A DNA stretch of 64,000 nucleotides, taken from Prorocentrum cordatum (lineage: Eukaryota). The notes under the pieces are model-generated. The model ran no database searches, was not told the DNA's origin, and was given only the letters and a program-made list of their open reading frames with translations. The stretch covers positions 1 through 64,000 of the forward strand of contig CAUYUJ010000035.1 of NCBI GenBank assembly GCA_963575745.1, read 5' to 3'. Shown here piece after piece: positions 53,841 through 64,000 of the stretch. Both the position numbers and the translations under genes were made by a program. Position 1 is the stretch's first letter; each line of letters starts with the position of its first letter.

Positions 53841-55447
53841 CAGGAACGTCCTGGCCCTCCAAGCATCCAGCGGGCCGTCGGCGCGTCAGGCGAACGCCCT
53901 GCGCCGAGGGGCCGCTGGTGCGCAGAGCGGCGCCCACTGGCCGCCGCTGGCGGCCAGCCGCGGCCGCCGCGGCCGCGTGCCAACAGCGAGCCGCGCGAGC
54001 CGCGCGAGCTGCGCGGCGGCCAGCGCGCCGCGGGGGGCCATCGCGCGAGCCGCGCGGCGGCCGCGCCCAGGGGGGCAGGGCGCTCCGCGCGCGGCGGGCG
54101 GGGCGGCTGGGCCCTGGGCAGGACGGCCCTGCGAGGAAAGATGGGGGTTGGGCGGCGGCGCGGTGACGGGCATGGGAGGGTGGGGTAGGGGGGAGGGATG
54201 GGGGAGGAGGCGGAGGAGGAGGAGGAGGAGGAGGAGGGGGAGGAGGAGGAAGAAAAGGAAGAGGAGGGGGAGGACGGGGATGAGGATGAGGATGAGGAGG
54301 AGGAGGAGGAGGAGGAGGAGGAGGAGGAGGAGGAGGAGGAGGGGAAGGGGGAGGAGGAGGAGGAGAGGGGGAGGGGATGGAGGACAAGCTAGGTGCGCTC
54401 GCGTCATATCTGACGTCCTACCCCTCCCTCCCATCCCTTACCATGGCGCTGATGTTCTCTATCCGCGGACGCGTGTCGTAGCGGACCTGTGGCTCCGCGC
54501 GCGCGTGCGTAGTGGGTGGTGGTGCACGTGCGTGCGTGCGTGCGTGCGTGCGTGTGTGCGTGGTTGTGGTGGTGGTGGTGGTGCTGGGTGGTGCTGCTGG
54601 TGCTGGTGCTGCTGGTGCTGGTGGTGGTGTGTGGTGCTCGTGCTGGTGCTGGTGCTGGTGCTGGTGGTGGTGTGGTGGTGGTGGTGGTGGTGGTGGTGGT
54701 GGTGGTGGTGGTGGTGGTGGTGGTGGTGGTGGTGGTGCGGCGCGGTGGTGGCGGGCGGATGGGCGCGCGAGAAAGAGGCCCGCGCTGGGGCGAGAACGCC
54801 ATCCTGAACGACGGAGGCCAAACACCGATCCGAAAATGAGGCCCACGCTGCAGCGGGAGCACGATTCGGAACGATTCGGGAGCAGAAATGAGGCCGGCGC
54901 CTCAGCGAGAGCATCATTTTGAAAAAAAACGCAAGCGAAAACCCGTTTCCCGGGAATCCTGTGTGTAAAAAAACAATACGCGGGGGGCGTTCGGCCCGAA
55001 AATGACGCCGGCGCCTCAGCGAGAGTCGTTTCCCGGGATTTCCCGGGCATCCTGTGTGTTAAAAAACAGTTCTCGGAGGGTGCGCGGCCATCACCCGGAC
55101 GCCATCAGGGGAAGAGGGAGAGTATTGTCATATTGAGTAATTGTAGAGGAAGAGGAGGGGGAGGGGGAGGGGGAGGGGGAGGAGGAGGAGGAGGAGGAGG
55201 AGGAGAGGAGGAGGAGGAGGAGAGGAGGAGGAGGAGGAGGAGGAGGAAGGAGGAGGAGGAGGATGGAGGAGGAGGAGGAGGAGGAGGAGGAGGAGGAGGA
55301 GGAGGAGGAGGAGGCGAGGAGGAGGAGGAGGAGGAGGAGGAGGAGGAGGAGGAGGGAGGAGGAGGAGGAGGAGGAGGAGGAGGAGGAGGAGGAGGAGGAG
55401 GAGCAGCAAGAGGAGGAGGAGGAGGAGGAGGCAGAGGAGGAGGAGGA

Positions 55448-56120
55448 GCGCATGTACTTTCCTTGTCTGTGTCTCTTGTGCATATGGTGGTGCGCGCGGC
55501 AGCGCGCACGCTCCTGATCTGGACTGGGCTCACAAAACCCTGCTGACTCAGCAGAGGACGGAGCTTGTGGTAAATGTGGAAAGCAAACAAGCACGAGCCT
55601 GTGGTGATATATAAGGCGCCAATCCTCCAAACCCGTGTAGTCGACCTCAGCACCAAGCCCGAAACGCACCAGCGGGGGACTCATACACGGCGGGGAACTC
55701 GGGTTGGAGCTCGGTCGCCTCCCACAGAGACGGCAAAGTCTGTAGTGTTGGATGGCGTCAGGGGCCTCGCATCCGAATCGGCAACGACACTGCGCAAATA
55801 TTTTCACGCGGCTCGACGTTATCCACGCGCCCACGAGAGACTTCACGTGAGGCCACGACCGACTGGGAGCGGGTCTACACAGCAAACCTTGGAGACGCCT
55901 CCAGCGGAGCCCAAGGACATATGGGACTCTAGGACGGGCAAGTCGGGGAACCACTGTCGGAGCCCCCGAGCGATGAGATGAGGCATGCTGTCTGGAATGG
56001 TCTGTAGGTGGATGCTGGGCGAGCATCGCACCTGAAAGCGGGGTGGCTTCTTGTGGTCCAGAGCGTTCTGAGCCTCAGATTCAGCTGCAATGTGGGCTCT
56101 GCGGGGGATCGGGTGGGGAA
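55448..56120 (-). mobile_element. 5'-truncated LINE 3' fragment related to the 6720-13164 element, flanked by (TCC)n
   Basis: KSLVGAWITSSR..CRFGCEAPDAIQHYRLC, RFGLG and AFHIYHKL parallel RLGLG and SFHIYQKL of the first LINE. 3' end ...CATGCGC(TCC)n. Confidence 0.8.
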
Positions 56121-56146
56121 AAAGAGGAGGAAGAGGAGGAGGAGAA

Positions 56147-57694
56147 CATGATCGACCCACGAACCCGGAAAGGAATATAGAACTGTAACACATGGCAGCG
56201 TTTTCAAAGACACCTGATTGGGTGACGGGCAAATGCAATGCTGAGTATATCGATCTTGATGTACCCTGCCGAGGGCTGTGCTGTGCTGCACCGTGCTGAA
56301 TTGCGATGCGCCATGGCGCGATTGTGCTCTATAGCGTCGTGGATCGAGTCCTCCTTTGCATCCGAGTCCTGACCGAACTGATCTGGATCTTAAGCTCGAG
56401 CTGCCTGAACACATCATAACTGCCCCAGAGCTAATGGACAAGGGAACATGCCAGGAGGACGCGCGCGAAACGTCCAAAGGGATGCGCCAGGCGACGTGCC
56501 AAGGGACGTGCCATGGGGTCGCGCGAGACATCCTCGGAACCCCTGCGAGCGGGACGTGAAAACAAGCATTTCGCCTGAGGCATCCTCTGAGTTCTGGCCC
56601 CCCACGAGACCCCCGCTCGAGACATCCCCTAATTTTGCAAAACCAGTGTTTCGCTCGAGATATCTTTAACAAATTATGAAAAATAAACATTTCGCTCGAA
56701 ACATCTTCAACAACTTATGAAAAACAAGCGTCTCGCTCGAGACATCCTGCCAAAATTCAAAGACATCCTCGAAAAACAAATGAATTAGTCAAGGCATCCT
56801 CGAAATTCCTGCGCGCGGGACGCGGCACGCGCGAGACACCCTCTGAATTCGTGCGAGCGGGACATGAAAACAAGCATTTCGCCTGAGACATCCTCTGAAT
56901 TCTGGCCTCCCGCGAGGCCCCCGCTAGAGACAGCCCCCAATTTTGCAAAACCAGCGTTTCGCTCGAGACATCCTGAACAAATTGTAAAAAACAAGCGTTT
57001 CGCTCGAGACATCCGGTCAAAACCCAAAGACATCCTGGCAAAACAAACGAATTAGTCGAGACATCCTCGAAAATCCTGCGTGCGGGACGCGGCACGCGCG
57101 AGACATCCTCGGAACCCCTGCGAGCGGGACGTGAAAACAAGCATTTCGCCTGAGGCATCCTCTGAATTCTGGCCCCCCACGAGACCCCCGCTCGAGACAT
57201 CCCCTAATTTTGCAAAACCAGTGTTTCGCTCGAGATATCTTTAACAAATTATGAAAATAAGCATTTCGCTCGAGACATCCTGCCAAAATTTATGGAAATC
57301 TTAGAAAAACAAACGAATTAGTCGAGGCATCCTCGAAATTCCTGCGCGCGGGACGCGGCACGCGCGATACATCCTCGGAATTCCTGCGCGCGGGGCGCTG
57401 TTCCGCGTCGCGGTCGGGGCTCCAGACTGCGGGTTATTACGATGATTCTGCTAAAATTGCCCCACATCCTCTTTTTTACAAAAAGAAAGCGGTGGTCCGC
57501 GGACCCCGTTATTTATCGAGGATCCAAAATGGGGGGTCGACTTTCCTCGAGCGGGCACGCGCGAAACGCATTTTTTTCACGCCGAATTGGACATTACCAT
57601 TTTTTATCGAGCGGAATTCCGTCGGCCCCCTCCAAATCAAAACCGGGGGTAAAACATCTAAAAGAGAACCCTGGGCCCACGCCCTTTCCGGGAA
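56147..57694 (-). mobile_element. Helitron2/Helentron-like non-autonomous element, copy G (subfamily 1)
   Basis: CATGATCGACCCACGAACCCGGAAAGG ... GGGCCCACGCCCTTTCCGGGAA, inserted at an AA within a (GAG)n tract. Confidence 0.75.
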
Positions 57695-57775
57695 GAGGAG
57701 GAGGAGGAGGAGGAGGAGGAGGAGGAGGAGGAGGAGGAGGAGGAGGAGGAGGAGAGGAGGAGGAGGAGGGAGGAG

Positions 57776-58450
57776 TTTCCCTGTGGGTGGACACTGTCCT
57801 GCTGGGATGTGCCCGCCCTCGCGTGGCCGCCTGACGGCTGGGGGGCCCTCTTGTGGAACTCCCTCGCCGCTTTGGCATGCCCTAGCCACGCTCCCATGTC
57901 GAACAGCTGAAGGCTGCCGATCCCCGACTTCGAGGGCGGGGCCGCGCTCGCCCACCAGACCGCGGAGGGCTCCATCCTCGCGAGCCGGGCGCCGCTCGCA
58001 GATCGAGCAGAAGAGAACACCGGCACCTGGCACTGGGCACGGGCAGCATGGCCCTGGTGGATCACCCCGTCTGCGACCCTCGTGCCAGGCGGCACCGGAA
58101 GCGAATTCGCCGAGACCTCAGCCTGCAGACGCACGCATTCGGAGGGCAGCCGCTCGGCCACCTCCTGGCGGGCTCGCCCGCGGCTCACGAGACAGCGGCG
58201 GCACGTGAAGCGCTCTGGCTCGGGTGAACTTGGGCTTGGGCGGTGCATGCTCAACTCTGACAGGGCCCCGAGGGTCGCATCGCGCACATTCCGTGAGTAC
58301 CGCCACCTGCCTCTTCGGAGCCCTACTCGCGAGACACTCCACCTCGCGTGTGTAATCAATTTCAAAATCGGACAGCTGGAACTCATACGCAGCAGCCTCG
58401 GCCTGGCGACCGGCCATGTCATCGGCCTGTCTCCACAGCTCGGGAATGCC
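57776..58450 (-). pseudogene. Decayed 3' region of a second LINE family (RNase-H-end-like helix plus Cys/His fingers), ending at (TCC)n
   Basis: ADDMAGRQAEAAA..QL, FTCRRC and IHQGH..GVLFCSIC motifs across several frames. Confidence 0.5.
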
Positions 58451-59396
58451 TAGAAACTTAGCTCTGCCCCCAGGCGTGCGGGACTCCGCCTTGCGGGTGG
58501 CCGGCCGCGCATCCCCGAAGGCACCCCAAAAGGCGCCGCCAAAGGTCCCGATTGGTGGCCAGGGCACTTGGAACGAGGTCTGCAGACCCCTCGAACCGCG
58601 TGATTCCCATCCGCGATCCCGCACAAGGCGCGCGGGCGCGCGCCTCGGCCGGCGGTCCCGAGAGCGCCCCCGCCGGCCCGTCGTCCGCCCCCCACGATTC
58701 CACCCGACTGCCTGGCCCGCTGCACTCCGCCGCGCAGGACCACTCCCACCCCGAGATGGTCATCAGATGGCGGGGCGACCTCGGTCCACGCCGATGGCAT
58801 GGGCCCACGCGACCAGAACACAGGGCAAGCTTGCTACTCCCCATTCCGTTGATAAAGGGGGGAGGTCTGATTTGGAGGGGGGGGTCTGAGCAGGGCTGTC
58901 TTGGAGGCTGGGGGGCGGGTCTGACTTTGATGTCGAGGGGGTGCCAGGCCCGGGGGGGGTCTCCAATCCTTCGCGCGGGCCTCAAGGTCAGCTGCGCCAC
59001 TGCGCCCCTGGAGCGCGCAGTTGGCAGCGCATAACCAACCGCGGCAACGACGCAGGCAGGGCAGCGCTGGCACAGGGCTTCGGGTTCTTCAGTCATTCCT
59101 GCCTCGAGCATCCTGCCCCCCGGCCCAAGTCGCGGCCGTGGCCGCGGCAATCGGGCGGCCCCAGGACCTGGGTGCCTGCTTGGAGGGCTTGCGACCTAGG
59201 GCGAAGGGCCACTTGCGGGCCCCGGCACGCTGGCAGCGGGCGGCCACGCGGCTCCAACCGAGCTCCGACAGAGAGGGGAACTTCGCGCAGAGGAAGGTTC
59301 AAAGTCAATGAAACCATGGTCTGGGAGCTCGAGCCGCCAGACACCCCCCGCGGGGTCGGACCACTCCATGCTCGGGGGGTCCCGCGGGAGTAGACA

Positions 59397-59578
59397 AGGA
59401 AAAAACTGCATAAACATAAACTTTTGGCGCTCCGCGCGAATTTCTTGGATCCGCGCTGGGCCCCCTCCCTGGCGCGCGGAGCACGCCAGGGGCGGCGCCG
59501 GAGGCGCCGCGGGGCCCCAGCGCGGATCCAAGGAATCCGCGCGGAGCGCCAAAAGTTTATTTTTACTGTGTTTTTTCT
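59397..59578. mobile_element. Foldback MITE-like element with ~65-bp inverted repeats
   Basis: ATAAACTTTTGGCGCTCCGCGCGAATTTCTTGGATCCGCGCTGGG ... CCCAGCGCGGATCCAAGGAATCCGCGCGGAGCGCCAAAAGTTTAT. Confidence 0.75.
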
Positions 59579-59824
59579 GCTTCGAGGGAGGCAGCCTTGA
59601 TCCAGGGGCGCTGCCAGGATCCCTGATACTGCGCCAGAAGCCCTGGCCCGCCCGCGGCTGGCCTGGGCCCGCAGGAACCCCCGGGTCACCTCGGGCCAGC
59701 CGCGGTGGGGCCTCGCCCGAGCATGCGCGGCCAAGGAGGGCTCGGCGGCGCAGTTTTCTCTTGGGACAGGGGCCCCCTTCCCTGATGGGCCCATTTTCCA
59801 CTACCACCACCATATGCAGGAGAG

Positions 59825-59932
<108 letters not shown>

Positions 59933-60339
59933 GAGGAGGAGGAGGAGGAGGAGGAGGAGGAGGAGAGGAGGAGAGGAGGAGGAGGAGGAGGAGGAGGAGG
60001 AGGAGGAGGAGGAGGAGGAGGAGGAGGAGGAGGGAGGAGGGAGGAGGGAGGAGGGAGGAGGGAGGAGGAGGAGGAGGAGGGAGGAGGAGGGAGGAGGGAG
60101 GAGGGCAGAGGGAGGAGGGCGGAGGCGGAGGGAGGAGGGAAGAGGGAGGAGGGAAGAGGGAGGAGGGCGGAGGGCGGAGAGAGGAGGAGGAGGAGAGGAG
60201 GAGGAGGAGGAGGAGGAGGAGGAGGGAGGAGGAGGAGGAGGAGGAGGAGGGAGGAGGAGGAGGAGGAGGAGGAGGAGGAGGAGGAGGAGGAAGAGGACCC
60301 CCTCCCCCTCCAACTGATGGTGGTGGTGGTGGTGGTGGA

Positions 60340-61000
60340 AAGCAAGCCCATCATTATCCGCGACTGCATGTTTCACGTGTGAGCCTGGCCCGAGCATTTC
60401 GGCAAGCTCGGCGTCTCCTGACCCGCGCGCGGAGACGCGCTTCAGACTGCTGTTGCGGACTGCCTGCAAGCGTAAACCTGGCTGGTGCAGCTTGAAAAAC
60501 ACAGGCCAGGGCACATTTCCATGAGAAAGGACAAATGTGGGAACTGGGGCGAACCCTCAGGAAGTCCCAGGAGACCTGGGCCCAAGGGCCATCCAGGAAT
60601 TGAGCATGATGAAGTCAAGTGGCAGTAAGGTCGAGCTTTATGTCATCGAGGTCCATCATTGGGGACACTGTGGATGCCCAACGAAGGATGCATCCGCGGA
60701 GGAGCGCGTGGAAACTGGAGCTGGCACAGACACGTCTGGCGAGCATTCGGATAGCCGCCAAAGGAATACACGTGCTTGACCTCCGCGCGACCTCTTTTAC
60801 ACGGGCGAAGACGCGCACAAGATCCAGGAGCGCAACCACATGAGTCAAGTTGCGAGCGCGATGGGGTAGAGCAAGCAGCCCATGGGGAATCAGAGGGGAA
60901 GTGGCATCGCTTCAGAACACGCATATACTGCCTATGCGCATCTGATCTCTCAAAACTGATATCGAAATGGCACGCCTCAAGCTTGTCTTGGCACCGGCAA
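60340..61000 (+). pseudogene. Possible very decayed LINE C-terminal fragment
   Basis: Coding-like SIIGDTVDAQRR followed by an eroded C..G.D..EH knuckle pattern; many stops. Confidence 0.25.
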
Positions 61001-62939
61001 AGGGGTCGGCGGAATATGGGGCAGGGAACGTCAAAGCCGCATTCGTCCTGGCACGGCGCAAACATCAGACCTTGAAAGTCAGTTGCACACCGTGCATCTG
61101 CTTTCAACTCTTGGCTACGCGCTGACCATCCTTCTTGCGGGATCTGCGACCCGAGCCTCGATCAAGCCCCGCATGGGCGACCGTGCCCGATGGCTCGACG
61201 CGAAGGCGGCCTTCCGACTACTTCTCAACAGCGCGAGAGATCTCGCGCGCAAGCTCCAGGGATCTGGCGACCGCGACCGACTTGCCAACAATGTCGGGTC
61301 CGATGGCCGACGCGCTCGCGCAGCGCTCACTCGCCGCCCCCGCAAGAGCTGGCGCGATTGCGCGGCGCGGGCCTTCAGCCATCTTGTCTGCGTCGACGAC
61401 CCATGGCCCATTGCGCCGAGGAGACCCCTCGAGGAAAATAAGCAGCGCGCGCGCTCCAGGATATCAGAGAGGACCGCCTTAGCAACGTCATTCGCGTCCC
61501 CGTCGCCTGCGAGGATAGACGCCGCGGGCTCCAGCGGCTTGGGAATCGCACCCCTCGTCTTGGCGCAGCGGGGGGCGACGCGAAGCACGAGGGAGAGCTC
61601 GGCAGAGACAGCCACAAAAAAGTCCAAAGCCCGGGCGGCTCCCCGGGCCGACACAGGGCCCGGGGAATCGCGATCGGCGCCAGAAGCCGGGCCTCCGGTC
61701 GCGCCCAGACGTCCCGACCGACTTCCGAAGACGGCTCCAAGCGCGCAAGAGGATGGGCGATATCGCCACCGCTCTCCCTCTCTCTCCCTCTCCCTCCCTC
61801 TCCCTCCCTCTCCCTCTCTCTCTCTATGTGTCTCTTTCTTTTCCCCCTCGCTCTCTCTTCTCTCTCTCTCTCTCTCTCCCGTCGAAGGCTCGGGCATCGT
61901 TGCCCCCAGGGCCAGGCTGGCGCAGTCGCCGAGGCGAGGCCTGCAACTGCTCGCGCCTCGGCGAGCGACTTCGCAGGAGCCGTCCTCAGGTCTGCCTGGC
62001 CGAAGTTGTCGCTCCCTCGCCCCGTTGCCTCTCGTTGCCTGATGAGGGAGGAGGAGACGAGGAGGAGGACTATGCGGGACTATGCGGAGAAGACGTCCAC
62101 AGCTCTGTGAGCACAATGGGGCATTGAGGCTTGCGGGGCCCCTCTGCTCGAGGGGGGGCCCACGACGAAAAACAGCCAAAAAGAATGGAAGGCCCCGCGC
62201 CGCAGGGACCCCCAGCAGGCCCCAGCAGCCCCCCCTAGTAGGGCAGCCAGGGCCAAAAAACCCCAGGGCGTGACGTGGCCGCACCGGAAGCGCCGTGCAG
62301 CCGCACTGCCCTGGGGGCCAGGGGCCCCAAGCGCCAGCAGTCGGGCCCCCGCTTCCTGCACCTCGCCGCGCCCTCGGATCAGGCGACGGGTGCCGCCGCA
62401 CCGCGGTCCAGTGGACCCTGCGGGCGCGCGTCGCAGGCCCGAGGGAGCCCGCGCGACGAGGAGGAGGAGGAGGAGGAGGAGGAGGCAGGAGCCTGGAGGA
62501 GGAGGCGGGAGGAGGAGAAGGAGGAGGAGGAGGAGGAGGAGGAGCATCACAAAGGAGGACGGAGCGAGGGAGGGAGCGGGGGAAGGATGGAGCGTGGAGC
62601 GAGGGGCGGGGCGAAGATAGCACGAGGGATGCACGACGAGTAGACAAGCGCGTTCCGCTACTCGCAAAGTAACTACTCGCAAATGGCCTGGATCCGCCAC
62701 AGAGGGGGTGCGATACATTGCATCGAGGCAGACATGTGTTTTTTGGACGTTTGCGAGTAGGCACTTTGCGAGTCGTGGAACGCGCTCGGTGAACGAGGGA
62801 TCCGAGGGGACCGGGACCAGCGCCGGCGGAGCGGGCGAGGCGGGGCCTGTTCGCCTCGTCCTTCTGCTCGCGGCTGCCGTTCCAGCACAAGGATTCGGGC
62901 GGCGGCTGGCAGGGGGGAGCGGCCAGCGGCCTCCCTCCT

Positions 62940-63275
62940 CAAGCCTGCCCCCTCCTCAGTCCTGCTCCCCCCTCCTCCTCCCTCCCCCTCCTCCTCCTCC
63001 TCCTCCTTCTCCTCCTTCTCCTCCTCCTCCTCCTCCTCCTCCTCCTCCTCCTCCTCGTCCTCCTGCTCCTCCTCCTCCTCAAGCCTGTCCCTCCTCGACC
63101 TCCTCGTCCTCGTTCTGCTGCTGCTCCTCCTCCTCCTCCTCCTGCTCCTCGTCCTCTTCTTCCATCGCTCCTCCTCCTCGCCCTGTCCCTCCTCGACCTC
63201 CTCGTCCTCGTTCTGCTCCTCCTCCTCCTCCTCCTCCTCCTGCTCCTCGTCCTCTTCTTCCATCGCTCCTCCTCA
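62940..63275. repeat. (TCC)n tract with a ~100-bp internal duplication
   Basis: CCTGTCCCTCCTCGACCTCCTCGTCCTCGTTCTGCT...CTTCCATCGCTCCTCC occurs twice. Confidence 0.85.
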
Positions 63276-64000
63276 TTCAACGATTCCTCTCGTCTGACCA
63301 ACACGCGTGTCGGTAGGGCGGGCGGCGCGTTTCGCCTTAGACATCCTCTCCGTTACCGATCCCGGAGCTTACTTTCAACAAGTACCTGGATGGAGACAGG
63401 TCGTGTTCGAGATGTGGCCCTCGCCTCAGTGCTACGCGTACTCGTCTTGAAGATTTCCCAACTGCGACGTGACTGGAGCACAGGTCGCTTGCACAATGTG
63501 GCTCCACCTTCAGCGCCGCGCGCATTTGTCTTAACATATTCCAGCAGCTACACGGATTGAGGGCGGCTCCTTGGCAAAACAAGACTTTGTTAGAGACTCC
63601 CTTAGATATTTTTCATGCTCAGGAATCACAAGTTGTGCAACAACTACGGTCACGCCATGCCTTGCGAGTGGACATTGTGTCGCTCGGCTCAACGGGGCGG
63701 GAGGCTCGGAAAGGCTCGGGACGTGGACGCCTGGGGGCCTGAATATGGATAGCATGTCACGCCGAAACGTGGTAGGCCAGAACTGGCAGCGCGACACGCT
63801 GACTAAAAAGTGTCATCCTGACCGTATACGGACGGATGGCAGCTCCTTGTCAGATCGGAGCTGTCGCTTGAGACGCCCTTAGGTTGTATGGCCAGGCTTC
63901 GAAAAGTTGTGCACGTTTGCACGGGTTGATGGCGGCTCTTTTTCAAAGCGGAGCCCTTGGGCGTTGTGCAGCATCGCTGATACATGTTAGGTTTACTCTG

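Larger units (their letters stand above)
50504..54041 (-). other. Putative two-exon host gene fragment (exons 53851-54041 and 50504-50618), product unknown
   Basis: ATG-initiated Arg/Ala-rich leader resembling a transit peptide. An AG|GA donor and AG|G acceptor join in frame (WRAR-IGTAALR...RFEELAALLAEAETAMQ). In-frame TGA at 53886-53888. Confidence 0.35.

Noticed and set aside
63300..64000. Coding-like minus-strand stretch at the window end
   Set aside because: No motif could be recognised confidently; possibly a decayed retroelement, left uncalled.

Overview
Repeat-dense, GC-rich eukaryotic genomic DNA, almost certainly from a dinoflagellate: two copies of the dinoflagellate spliced leader (DCCGTAGCCATTTTGGCTCAAG) lie on the minus strand. 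The composition resembles Prorocentrum-type genomes, but the species cannot be determined from sequence alone. Most ORFs in the track are microsatellite artefacts. The real content is: (1) a near full-length, decayed APE-RT non-LTR retrotransposon (6720-13164, minus) running from a perfect spliced leader to a (TCC)n tail, plus a second SL-headed retrocopy, further LINE 3' fragments and a SINE-like family, nearly all abutting (TCC)n tracts; (2) eight non-autonomous elements of three subfamilies with Helitron2/Helentron-like ends (asymmetric subterminal inverted repeats, 5' hairpin, T-run insertion without evident TSD, nesting and head-to-tail junctions), each carrying internal satellite arrays; (3) a frameshifted two-exon gene (39961-44413, minus) whose large exon follows the motif order of beta-class N4/N6 DNA methyltransferases with a divergent catalytic motif; (4) a DIRS/Crypton-type tyrosine recombinase catalytic exon followed by 165-bp direct repeats; (5) a GST exon, several MITE-like inverted-repeat elements, tandem satellites, very long microsatellites and a 100-N assembly gap. 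All protein assignments are by visual motif recognition; no database search was run.
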